From Verrucomicrobiota bacterium (GTDB lineage: Bacteria > Verrucomicrobiota > Kiritimatiellia > UBA8416 > SLMC01): a stretch of DNA of 40,322 nt. Both the position numbers and the translations under genes were made by a program. The DNA lies in assembly GCA_030018915.1 (NCBI GenBank), contig JASEHE010000004.1, positions 1 through 40,322 of the forward strand. Direction: 5' to 3'. This document shows, piece by piece, positions 27,801 through 37,995 of the stretch. A model generated the notes under the pieces. That model was given only the letters and a program-made list of their open reading frames with translations. It made no database searches and was not told where the DNA came from. Every line of letters begins with the position of its first letter. The stretch's first letter is position 1.

Positions 27801-29843
27801 ATGCGACAGAATCAACGCGCTCACGGTGTAGTCGCCGGACAAGGTGAAATCCGCGCTGTCCGCCACCGCCACGTAGTCCACATCGGCGTCAAATTCGTTC
27901 GCCCCGTCCACCAGGCCCGTGGAAACCAACGTCACGCTGCCTTGCGCCTGACCGTGATGACGGTTGGTGGTGGAGTCCAGCGCGTTGGTCTGGGCCATGT
28001 GCCAAACGCCCTTGTAGTAAGTGTCCCACGTGGCGCCATTGGTCGTGCACGCCGGCGGATTGGTCGCGACCGGATTCCCCCAATACGCCCAGATGTGGCA
28101 GTTGTTCGTGAAGACCGGGACCTGGACCCACACGTATGAGTTCGTGTTCGTGGTCCAGTTTTCGACCTCGTAGTTCAGCGCGCTGCTCGTCGTGGCGTCG
28201 GTGAACCGCAGGTCGCCGCCCGCGGAAGAAACGAACTGGGTGTAGCCGAAGCCCGTCAGATTCGCGCCGAGCGTTACCAGAGCCGGAAAGTTGGTCAACG
28301 GCTCGGCGCGATTGTAGTTGGTAAATGAGATCATCATCCGGCAACTGAATCGCGTCATGTCCAGCAGCGTGTTGAAGCTTTCGCTGGACGACGCCCAGGT
28401 TCCGCCGTTCGCATTCTCGGCGTAGAAACGATAGTAATAGACGCCGTTCGGATTGAGGCCGCAGGCCGAGTATGCCATGGCCTCGCCCTGGGTCCGCGCG
28501 CCGAAATCAACCGCGTGGTCCCAGGCGATCGGCGCCGTGCCGCCGTCGTTATCGCCCCAGAACACCCACACAGCCGTTTGGGCCGTGCCGGTGCTGGTCA
28601 ATAGTCCGTTCAGCATGGCGTTCGTGGCCGCCACATTGCTCGCGCCGCTCCCGTTGCACACCACGGGAACAAGGCTCGCGCCGCCATCATACTCCTGGAA
28701 CACCACATTGTACGGCGAAGCGGCCCCTTCCTCCCACGTCAGGCCAATGCGGCCACTCGACATCACTTCATAGCAACTGATCGCGCTGACGATGGGAGTG
28801 GCGTCGGTCTTTACGTTCTGCTCCGCGCCCCAGGTCAGGCCATTGTACTTGCGGCAATATATCTTGTTGTCGTTCTTGTCGTAGAAGAGATAGAGATTGT
28901 CGCTACTGTCCCTGCTCAGGGCCGCCCTGCGGTGAGAAGTCAGTCCGGTGACGCTGTTGGTTATGGTTGACCACGTTCCGGCAAGCCCCGAAGTTCTCAA
29001 GCGATAATGGAGAGACCCGGCGTTATTGACATAGATCAAGTGGAGATTCCTGCAGGAGTCTTGAACCACGCCCCACGGATAATTATAATTGAGGTACCCG
29101 CCCCAGAGATCGCCGGCAACCACTTCATTGTTCGTATTCCACGTATTGCCGGAGGCATCATAGGTGTTGGCGGACAGCTCGTCCTCATAATGGCCATAAA
29201 CAAAAACCATATTGTTTCCACCCAGGGAAAATAAAACTCCGCCATTTCCTCCGGGGAAGTCCTCAAGCACGGAAGAAGAGACAGGATAGTAAGAAATCCA
29301 AGTTCCAATACCGCTTTGATTTGTGCTCAAAGCAGCGGCCATTTTTATCTCTTGCGCCCGAACTCCCACCCAGGGATAATTATTGTCATTTGTGCCAAGC
29401 CCCAGCACTCCCATCGCACATATCAACGACGGATTTACGGTTCTTGTTTGATCGCTCCATGTGACGGCCCCGCTGCTTTCAAGAAATCCCCTTCTGAAGA
29501 ACCCCCTATCCTCCCGTGTATTCGCCGCATAAACGTAGTTCCCCATGAATCTTGTTGTCCACATGCCGTGATTGTTACCTGGCGTATTGGTGAATATGTT
29601 GCCCTGGGAAGCCCAGGTATCACCATCCGCCGAAGAACAGATGACCGCGTTGGAGACGGCGCCGTCATCCTTCCAGAAGCATGTCCAATAGCGGCCGTTC
29701 GCGTATTGACAGTAGCGGGCGGGATATATGCGAAGCGCGTTGGTGGTCGTGCTCGTTCCCACCGTTGAGGCAGCCTCGACGCACCCGGCCAGAACCGCTG
29801 CTACTCCGATCGCCGACCACAGCGCTTTTCCGTAATTGCGCAT
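24807..29843 (-). CDS. Large secreted/surface modular protein (putative beta-propeller N-domain, 2x DUF2341-like + LamG-like, 4x Fn3-like YYYRCY repeats, 2x Calx-beta-like)
   Basis: Signal peptide with an LAGC lipobox. Duplicated ISFTNYNR.EPLTNFPALV...DLRFTD...LNYE.E.W...YVWVQVP. LamG ends (F.G..DEAR...RS.NW.WA), Calx-beta (VTEGNSGT...YATADGTAVAGTDY) and a GGAG RBS. Confidence 0.85.
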   Translation of the reverse strand: MRNYGKALWSAIGVAAVLAGCVEAASTVGTSTTTNALRIYPARYCQYANGRYWTCFWKDDGAVSNAVICSSADGDTWASQGNIFTNTPGNNHGMWTTRFMGNYVYAANTREDRGFFRRGFLESSGAVTWSDQTRTVNPSLICAMGVLGLGTNDNNYPWVGVRAQEIKMAAALSTNQSGIGTWISYYPVSSSVLEDFPGGNGGVLFSLGGNNMVFVYGHYEDELSANTYDASGNTWNTNNEVVAGDLWGGYLNYNYPWGVVQDSCRNLHLIYVNNAGSLHYRLRTSGLAGTWSTITNSVTGLTSHRRAALSRDSSDNLYLFYDKNDNKIYCRKYNGLTWGAEQNVKTDATPIVSAISCYEVMSSGRIGLTWEEGAASPYNVVFQEYDGGASLVPVVCNGSGASNVAATNAMLNGLLTSTGTAQTAVWVFWGDNDGGTAPIAWDHAVDFGARTQGEAMAYSACGLNPNGVYYYRFYAENANGGTWASSSESFNTLLDMTRFSCRMMISFTNYNRAEPLTNFPALVTLGANLTGFGYTQFVSSAGGDLRFTDATTSSALNYEVENWTTNTNSYVWVQVPVFTNNCHIWAYWGNPVATNPPACTTNGATWDTYYKGVWHMAQTNALDSTTNRHHGQAQGSVTLVSTGLVDGANEFDADVDYVAVADSADFTLSGDYTVSALILSHALADWEIFMGTYCNLGLGFVFGLRDNVNNTLSFRDSAGWQLSTLAIPDWEWKYVAYTRQGTNGIFFVDGTNAATIATAAAGTDGKDLYLGGGGAGYPAYKFDGLIDEARISWCRRSTNWIWAECRNMASNSWFNSYSTVESLLRVRNLAATGITWSNATMRGEILNTGGTNPDVFVCWGTNDYGTAGTGSWEHTESLGNGYGAWATFETNITGLISNTLYYYRCYVTNSTGEDWGNPAKSFRSSGAPAISNRMATSISQTAATLNGYLACGPADVTFYWGLSDGVETPGSWANTSAVGSAKAGWVSTTVTVLAGGTYYYRCYATNEYGFDWANDTTNFATLPALLRLNANASSFMEPGGTVTVTARLDVTAVSNVTVNFSFEGTASSNVDYAMSATSITIAAGNPAGTIVLTGIDDSDLESAETVTVRIASVVAAEARQPNSATITLYSEDPQITNTGATSVTATNATLNGNFVYGYTGTVYVFWGDADGGTNQASWGNTNNLGPRSEGAFSIAVSNLWANKTYYYRCYVTNDWHIDWADSTTNFTTPAPNVTIGDATVTEGNSGTTNLTFALTLSAQSATNVWVVYATADGTAVAGTDYTAANGLVLCSAGETTKTVTVTAIGDTLNEWPSEFFYLNATSATNGVISRNGVGTITDDDSGMSEWARRMRISFTNYNRTEPLTNFPALVVFKTSLTGFSYSQFASTNGYDLRFTDATTTNPLNYEIESWATNTNSYVWVQVPIFTNNCHIWAYWGNADATSVLPCTTNGATWSSSHLAVWHLHTTNAASRFPDSTTNQFGGINSGCANVSGQIAGAQSFIDGSSDINITGIAHAGGANSNRNYTFSYWLKTTTTWNYARLTYIVTGPLIMDITTSGTQIRYHDGTWRTPYGTNLNDGAWHHVAIVLNGASSLGAIYEDGVAMGTGIAYAPKDIGGDACMGSGGGCDYVGFMDEARVETVARSSNWVWACWLNAASNAYFNTYGDGFANTYPTVFVWR
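25490..25810 (-). repeat. Second copy of the internally duplicated DUF2341-like module (first copy about 28030-28345)
   Basis: Near-identical DNA in both copies, e.g. ATTCCCCCAATACGCCCAGATGTGGCAGTTGTTCGTGAAGA and GGGACCTGGACCCACACGTATGAGTT. Confidence 0.85.
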
Positions 29844-29930
29844 ATTTACTCCCTTCCGCCACGTTGGCGATGTGCTGTCATGTCAACCATTGCGCCTGTT
29901 GCTATACACGAAATCCGCTTCATCCTGCAA

Positions 29931-31193
29931 CTACGAAACCTCGACCAGGACAAAAGTTTTTTTGCCCGAGCGAAACACGAGCAGACGGCCGTCCAGAAGG
30001 TCGGAAAGCGCCACCCGCGTCCGTGGCGTTTCCACCCGGCGGTTGTTCAGATAGAGGCCGCGGCTTTCGATCAACCGCCGCGCCTCTCCCTTGCTCGCGC
30101 ACAGACCGCTTGCCGCGGCAACGTCAACCACGGATCGGCCCTCGACCTCCGCCCGCGAGAGCGTCCTTGATGGAACGTCCGCAAAAACACGCAGCAAGTC
30201 CTCGGCGCGCAGCCCTTCCATGGATTCGCCGAACAGGACGGAACTGGCGATCCGGGCTGCCCGCAGCCCGTCCTCGCCGTGGACCAGGCGCGTGACCTCA
30301 TCGGCCAGCCGCCGTTGCGCATCCCGCTTTTCCGGTTGCTCACGGACGCAGGCTTCGAGATCGTGGATAGCCTCAAGAGGCAGGAGCGTGAAAATCTTGA
30401 GCAGCCGGACAACGTCCACGTCCTCGGTCCGCAGGAAGAACTGGTAGAAATCGTAGGGCGGTGTCCGGGCGGCGTCCAGATACACGGCATTGCCCTCGCT
30501 CTTGCCGAGCTTTTGTCCGCTACTGTCGCAGACAAGCGGCAGCGTGAGTCCGTAGGCAACGGCATTCCGCAGCCTGCCGATCAGGTCAATGCCGGCCGTG
30601 ATGTTCCCCCACTGGTCGGCGCCGCCGATCTGCAGAACGCATTGCTCGGCATCGAAGAGCTTCAGAAAGTCGCAGGCCTGCAGGAGCGGGTAGCTGAACT
30701 CGGCGAAACTCATTCCCGCCTCGCCGGCAAGCCGGGCGCGAACGCTTTCCCTGCCCAGCATGGCGCCCATCCGGAAATGCTTGCCCACGTCCCGCAGGAA
30801 CTCGATGAACGCGAAGTTGCCGAGCCAGTCGTGGTTGTCGACGATTCGGGCCGGCGCCGCCGGTTGGCCGAGGAACCGGGAGAGGTTTTCCCGGATTCCC
30901 TCCACGTTGCGCCGCGCCGTTTCGACGTCCGGCAGCGCGCGCTCCGCGGACTTGCCGGACGGATCGCCGATCAGCCCGGTGCCGCCCCCGACCACGGCGA
31001 TAACGCGGTGGCCGCATTGCTGGAAATGCGCCAGCGCCATGATCGTGGCCAGGTTGCCCACCTGCAGGCTCGGCGCCGACGGATCGAACCCGGCATACAG
31101 CGTGACCGGCTTGCGAAGCGCGGTCTCCAGGGCCGGATCGGTCATGGCTTCGAACAGATGCCGAGCCTTCAGAATCTCAATGACGTTATCCAT
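29931..31193 (-). CDS. tyrS: Tyrosine--tRNA ligase
   Basis: LYAGFDP, GGGTGLIGDPSGK, FSYPLLQACDF, QIGGADQWGNITAG, KLGKS and a C-terminal S4 domain. Start placed at MDNVIE. Confidence 0.95.
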   Translation of the reverse strand: MDNVIEILKARHLFEAMTDPALETALRKPVTLYAGFDPSAPSLQVGNLATIMALAHFQQCGHRVIAVVGGGTGLIGDPSGKSAERALPDVETARRNVEGIRENLSRFLGQPAAPARIVDNHDWLGNFAFIEFLRDVGKHFRMGAMLGRESVRARLAGEAGMSFAEFSYPLLQACDFLKLFDAEQCVLQIGGADQWGNITAGIDLIGRLRNAVAYGLTLPLVCDSSGQKLGKSEGNAVYLDAARTPPYDFYQFFLRTEDVDVVRLLKIFTLLPLEAIHDLEACVREQPEKRDAQRRLADEVTRLVHGEDGLRAARIASSVLFGESMEGLRAEDLLRVFADVPSRTLSRAEVEGRSVVDVAAASGLCASKGEARRLIESRGLYLNNRRVETPRTRVALSDLLDGRLLVFRSGKKTFVLVEVS

Positions 31194-31299
31194 ACACAAC
31201 GCGGGCCGTGCCCGCAACCCAACTTTGTGAATTTTGCGCCTCTTGTGGTTTTCCGGTTTGCATGACGGTTCCGCGGGTGTGAGGCGTCGATCATCCTCT

Positions 31300-33105
<1,806 letters not shown>

Positions 33106-33367
33106 GCCTCTAGCCTGACCCCTCGCCGGCCCGCGCGGGCGGAAAGAACCTGCTCAGTCCGACAAGAAGTGTGGGATTGAGGTTGCTCCCTGCCATCCGG
33201 GCAAGTCGGCTTCATCCGGGCAGCAACCTGCTGCCCGGCAACGAATCGCAGACGAGCGCCCCGCGTCCGCCCGCAATCCGAGGTTTGTATTGTTCCCCGG
33301 TTTTCGATTGCCGTCGTCGAAGCCCGCCTCACGGGGTAATCGGCGGTCTCCGAACCGCGAAAGCCCG

Positions 33368-33396
33368 ACTCTACGCAAAATCGCGCCGCCCCGCAA
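33368..33396 (-). promoter_or_regulatory. Putative sigma70 promoter of rpsA, implying an approx. 255-nt leader
   Basis: Minus strand TTGCGG (33396-33391), 17 bp spacer, TAGAGT (33373-33368). Confidence 0.5.
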
Positions 33397-33404
33397 GCCA
33401 TAAA

Positions 33405-35216
33405 TCAACGCCTTTGAAGCACGCCTCGGTAGCGGGGATTGTTCGGCTCCAGCTCCGCCAGGCGAGCCAGGGCCCTTCCAGCCAGATTGCCGTCGCGGGT
33501 TGCCGCCGCGCACCGGAGCAGTCCCTGCCACGCGCGGACGTTTTTCGGGTCGAGGGAAACCGCTTGCTCCAATGCCACGACCGCTTCCCGAGGCTTCTGG
33601 AGGTCCGCCAGCGTCATCCCAAGGTTGTGCCAGGCATTGACGTGCGACGGCCAGCGGCTGATCACCCGCTCGAAGCACGCGCGCGCCTCCTCGTAGTCGC
33701 CCGCTTCGGCGTAGAACACGCCGAGATCCGCGAGGTAGTTCGGATAGCGCCGCAGTTCCGCGCGCCGGAGCGACTCCATCTTCTCGAGCGCGTCCTTGAA
33801 CTGCCCCTTGCGCCTGAGATTCCGGGCCTGCGCCCAGGCCACGTTGGCGTCCGTCCGCGCGAGCGACGCATCATAGAGAGCGTGGAGCCGCTCGAACTCC
33901 TCAAAATCGCCGGCGTTGTAGAGAGTGACCAGGTAGTTGCCGACGATCCGTTCCGACGGCGGCGAATGGGTGAAGGCAAATCGGGCCAGGGTGGGCCCGT
34001 CACGCCATTTTCCCGCCTCGACAAACGCTTCCGCGCCCAGCAGCAAGACCAGGGCGAAGCCGACGCCGACGACCCAGCCGGTCCGCCCGGCGGCGGCCCC
34101 GCGCAGAAACCCGACCGCCATAAGAAGGAATCCGACAAGTGGCAGATAGGCAAACCGGACGGCGAAATACTGCATCATCGGCGCCAGATTGGAAACCGGC
34201 AGCAGCGCCAACAGCAGCCAGGCACACCCGAACCACACGCACGCGTCCTGGCGCCGCCGCGCCAGGCGCCAGGCAAGCGTCGCAACGGACAGGCCGATCA
34301 AAAAAGCGCCCGCGATCACCGACAACGAAAAGACGCGGTATCCACCCTTCATGAACGAGTAGTCCGGCAGAAAAGGCGGGATACCCAGCATGACGGCTAG
34401 GTAGCGCCACGCCACGGGAATCATGTCGAGGAGCGTCTGGCCGTAGGTTCCGGACAGCGGCGCCGGGACTTGCGCCACGGCGCGGAGTACGATCGTGCGA
34501 GTCAGCAGGAAAATGGTCAAGACCGCGCCATGCATGGTCAGCCAGGCCGCGAACTGGCGCCATGGCGGACGGGAAGGCAGCGCGAGCGGAAACAGAAAGA
34601 GCAGGAACAGGCCTGCCACGGATTCCTTGGCGTACAGGGCCGCGGCAAAACAGGCCACGCTCAGGACCAGCCCGAACCCGCGCCGATCCGCAGGCCCCGT
34701 CCAGGCATTCCACGCGGCGAGAAACGCCGCCATCGCAAAAGCCGTGGCCATGATGTCGTCCAGCGACTTGGCCCATGGCGCCACCTCGGAGGCCACTGGG
34801 TGAACGGCGAACAACGCGGCGACCAGGAAAGCCAGACCGCGGTGGCAACGGGGAGGCGCTGGAAACGCGAGCAACCGGAACGCGAGCGCGTAGAGGAGCA
34901 GCGCCGCCGCGTAGTGCCAGATCAGGTTCGCGACGTGAAAGAGCAAGGGGTTGGGCGTCCTCGTGATCCAGGTCAGCATCGCGAAGTGCAGCGTCCGCAG
35001 CGGTCGGTAGGGATAGGGCGGCATGGACTTCTGCGCGAGGGCGGACGCAAGGATGTCGGCGACGCGGCCCGGAACGCGTAACGCTTCGTTGTGCTCTATG
35101 TAGTATGCGTCGTCCCAGACAAAATCGAACCCAATCGCCTGGGCCCACACCGCCGCGCAGAATGCGGCCAGCGCAAGCGCCGGCGCCGCCGCCGGATAGC
35201 GTAAAACCCGTCCCAT
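33405..35216 (-). CDS. Polytopic membrane protein with C-terminal TPRs (TMTC-like GT-C glycosyltransferase family)
   Basis: FVWDD acidic loop motif, YRPL, FH..NL..H, LFAVHP..SE, AKES and RFAYLP, followed by TPR repeats (AWHNLG, ALEQAVSLDP). Start placed at MGRVLR. Confidence 0.82.
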   Translation of the reverse strand: MGRVLRYPAAAPALALAAFCAAVWAQAIGFDFVWDDAYYIEHNEALRVPGRVADILASALAQKSMPPYPYRPLRTLHFAMLTWITRTPNPLLFHVANLIWHYAAALLLYALAFRLLAFPAPPRCHRGLAFLVAALFAVHPVASEVAPWAKSLDDIMATAFAMAAFLAAWNAWTGPADRRGFGLVLSVACFAAALYAKESVAGLFLLFLFPLALPSRPPWRQFAAWLTMHGAVLTIFLLTRTIVLRAVAQVPAPLSGTYGQTLLDMIPVAWRYLAVMLGIPPFLPDYSFMKGGYRVFSLSVIAGAFLIGLSVATLAWRLARRRQDACVWFGCAWLLLALLPVSNLAPMMQYFAVRFAYLPLVGFLLMAVGFLRGAAAGRTGWVVGVGFALVLLLGAEAFVEAGKWRDGPTLARFAFTHSPPSERIVGNYLVTLYNAGDFEEFERLHALYDASLARTDANVAWAQARNLRRKGQFKDALEKMESLRRAELRRYPNYLADLGVFYAEAGDYEEARACFERVISRWPSHVNAWHNLGMTLADLQKPREAVVALEQAVSLDPKNVRAWQGLLRCAAATRDGNLAGRALARLAELEPNNPRYRGVLQRR

Positions 35217-35376
35217 TTGCTCCCCTTTCACGAATCCGATTTCGGAACATTGCAATACTAGGACAAGGAATATATGGAATAATGGAACAATGGGAAGAAA
35301 TCTTTCCGGGAGCCTTGAGCAACGTCTCCACGGAACTAAGGCAATCCGCGAGAAACTCGCGGATTGATGATCCCCC

Positions 35377-36456
35377 CTACCCCTTCCACTGCCGGACTTG
35401 GCTCAAAACAGAGGCGACGGCTTCGGATTCCGAGACCGTGGCAACCGGTTCACCCTTGACGTACAGGGCGAATTTGCGCCGGCCGCCCGCAATGGCAATG
35501 TCGGCTTCCAGCGCCTCGCCCGGACCGTTCACCCGGCAGCCCATCACCGCCACCATGGGCCGCGGCGCCTTCGGGTTCTGCCGGTAGTACCGATCCAATT
35601 CCTCCTCGATCCGGCCGGCCGCCGCGATCACGTCCACCTCGATCCGGCCGCACGTCGGACAGGACGTCACGCTCGACCCCGGTTCACGCAGACCGAGCGA
35701 GCGAAGCAGTTCCAGCCCGACTCGAACCTCCCGGGCCGGCGTGTCGGTCAACGAAACCCGGATCGTGTCGCCGATGCCTTCGCTCAGCAAGATTCCCAGG
35801 GCAACGCACGAGCGAACCGTGCCGGCCAGGAAGGTTCCAGCTTCCGTCACCCCGAGGTGCAGCGGATAGTTCGTCCGTTCGGCGAGAAGCCGGTATGCCT
35901 CGACGGTCCGACGCGCGTCCGAAGCCTTCACGGATATCTTGATCCGCGCGAAGCCGAACTCTTCCAGCAGGCGGACGTGTCCCAACGCGCTCTCCACGAG
36001 CGCTTCGGCCGTGATGCCGCCGTGCTTGACGAGCAACTCCTTTTCGAGCGAGCCCGCATTGACTCCGATCCGGATGGGAACGCGGCGCGATTCGGCTGCC
36101 AGCGCGAGTTCCTTGACATGCCGCGGCGATCCGATGGTGCCGGGATTGATCCGAAGGCCGTCCAACCCGGCGTCCAGCGCCGCAAGCGCAAGCCGGTGGT
36201 TGAAATGGATATCGGCGATCAGCGGAATCGACGTTTGTTTGCGGATTGCGACCAGGGCCTTGGCCGCATCCTCGTCCGGAACCGCCAGCCGCGCGATGTC
36301 GCACCCAAGCGACTCGACTTCCCGAATCTGGGCCACGGCGCCGGAAACGTCCCGGGTGTCGGTCTTGGTCATGGTCTGAACGCTGACCGGGGCGCCGCCG
36401 CCCACCGGGACGCGGCCCACGAAAACCTGCCGGGTACAATACGGGATAGCGCTCAT
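35377..36456 (-). CDS. ispG: (E)-4-hydroxy-3-methylbut-2-enyl-diphosphate synthase
   Basis: VQTMT, IADIHF, RINPG, RIGVNAGS, PLHLGVTEAG, GIGDTIRVSL, SCPTCGR and MGC.VNGPGE. Confidence 0.97.
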   Translation of the reverse strand: MSAIPYCTRQVFVGRVPVGGGAPVSVQTMTKTDTRDVSGAVAQIREVESLGCDIARLAVPDEDAAKALVAIRKQTSIPLIADIHFNHRLALAALDAGLDGLRINPGTIGSPRHVKELALAAESRRVPIRIGVNAGSLEKELLVKHGGITAEALVESALGHVRLLEEFGFARIKISVKASDARRTVEAYRLLAERTNYPLHLGVTEAGTFLAGTVRSCVALGILLSEGIGDTIRVSLTDTPAREVRVGLELLRSLGLREPGSSVTSCPTCGRIEVDVIAAAGRIEEELDRYYRQNPKAPRPMVAVMGCRVNGPGEALEADIAIAGGRRKFALYVKGEPVATVSESEAVASVLSQVRQWKG

Positions 36457-37931
36457 CGGTTCTCCGACGGCGCCTCAGGCGGGCTGGAAGGCGGCGCACC
36501 GGAGTTCGGTTGGTCGGTCTCTTCCGGGTTCGCGTCGGGTTCTCGGCTCGAAGCATCCGGGTTGCCCTTTACCATCCGCCGCGCGCGCGCGCCCCAGGTG
36601 GTGAAGCGGTCCAGATCACGGACGCTGAGGAAGACCAACAACCCCATCAGAAGCGCCATACAGACGTTGACCAGCGCGCCGGCGACCTTCTCGGGAACGG
36701 GCCGCCGCGCGCCGGCCTCCCAGAGCGAAAACAAGATATGTCCGCCGTCAAGCACCGGGATCGGTAACAGGTTGATAATCGCCAGGTTGACGTTCAGGAA
36801 GCCGATGAACCAGACGGCCAACATGAACGACAGCTTGGTCACGTGCCAGATTCCAAGGATCACGGCAACCGGGCCGCCCACGGCGCTTTGCGCGGCGCCC
36901 GCCGTCTTGGGATTTGTCAGGGCGGCCAGCACCCGGAAAATCGCCGTGGCGTGATCCCTGAGCTGATCGCATGGAGTCGGGCGTATGACCGCGCCGGTGT
37001 CCAACAGAGCGTGGCTGAACTTGATGCCCAGCCGGTATTCATTGGTCTCGGAATCCAACCGTGGCGCGACCGTCAGCGCCAAGTCTTCCGACTTCCCCCT
37101 TTGCGCCGGCCGCCGGATTTTCAAGGCGACAGGCCGGCCTTTCGCCTCCTGAACGATTTGGCGCACATGGGCGGCGCTCAGCACGGAAACGCCGTTCACT
37201 TCCAGAACGCAATCGCCCTCGCGCGCGCCGGCCTCGCGCGCGGCGCTATCCTCAACCAACTCATCCACTTTGCAGAGGTCCGGGCCCAACACCCCGGGAA
37301 TCATGCGCTCGCCGGTCTCCGCCTTCTCCGTCTTGAGCCGGATCGTCTTGCTCGACGAGTCCTGGGCCGCAACAACCAGCGTCACCTCTGTGGCCAGAGC
37401 GGCTTCCATCCGCGCGTCGCGCCAGGTCCGGACCGGCCGGCCGTTGACCGACAGAATGCGATCAGCCAGGCGAAGCCCTTGCGCATAAGCCTCTCCGTTC
37501 CGATCTATAAAGCCGACCGCCGAGTTGAACTCCTGTGGAATCCCCACCCAGTACACTATCCAGGCAATCAGGACAGCCAGCAGGACGTTGCCCGTGGCGC
37601 CTGCCAGGGACACAACGATCTTCTTCCAGGCCGGGGCCGGCGGCAGAATCTTCGGTTCCGATCCGTCGCTTTCCGATGTCTGGATGCGGCTCATGCCGGC
37701 AGGATCGATCTGCGGGAGGGCGACGTATCCGCCGAACGGGATCAAGCCGATCTTGTACACAATACCCTTACGTCGTTTCTTCCAGATCGCCGGTCCGAAG
37801 CCCATGGAAAAAACCTCTACGACCAGTCCAAGCGCGCGGGCGGAAAGGTAATGCCCGAACTCGTGAACGAGAATCGTAATCCCCAGGAAGACAACCAGCA
37901 AAATCAACACGGCTATGCCGGGTAATTCCAT
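36453..37931 (-). CDS. rseP: RIP metalloprotease RseP (site-2 protease, two PDZ domains)
   Basis: HEFGH, FSMGFGP, IPFGGYV and NLLPIPVLDGG. Canonical position between dxr and ispG. Confidence 0.95.
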   Translation of the reverse strand: MELPGIAVLILLVVFLGITILVHEFGHYLSARALGLVVEVFSMGFGPAIWKKRRKGIVYKIGLIPFGGYVALPQIDPAGMSRIQTSESDGSEPKILPPAPAWKKIVVSLAGATGNVLLAVLIAWIVYWVGIPQEFNSAVGFIDRNGEAYAQGLRLADRILSVNGRPVRTWRDARMEAALATEVTLVVAAQDSSSKTIRLKTEKAETGERMIPGVLGPDLCKVDELVEDSAAREAGAREGDCVLEVNGVSVLSAAHVRQIVQEAKGRPVALKIRRPAQRGKSEDLALTVAPRLDSETNEYRLGIKFSHALLDTGAVIRPTPCDQLRDHATAIFRVLAALTNPKTAGAAQSAVGGPVAVILGIWHVTKLSFMLAVWFIGFLNVNLAIINLLPIPVLDGGHILFSLWEAGARRPVPEKVAGALVNVCMALLMGLLVFLSVRDLDRFTTWGARARRMVKGNPDASSREPDANPEETDQPNSGAPPSSPPEAPSENR

Positions 37932-37995
37932 TCCGAATTCCTTTCGCGCCGGCTGCCATGCTGAAACCGGCAGCCGTTCGTCCGGCCCGTTCCCG

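Noticed and set aside
25490-28345. Diversity-generating retroelement TR/VR pair
   Set aside because: Both copies are in-frame coding modules, the differences are not confined to adenines of one copy, and there is no reverse transcriptase in the window.
31194-31299. T-box riboswitch upstream of tyrS
   Set aside because: Only about 106 bp, with no T-box consensus or terminator.
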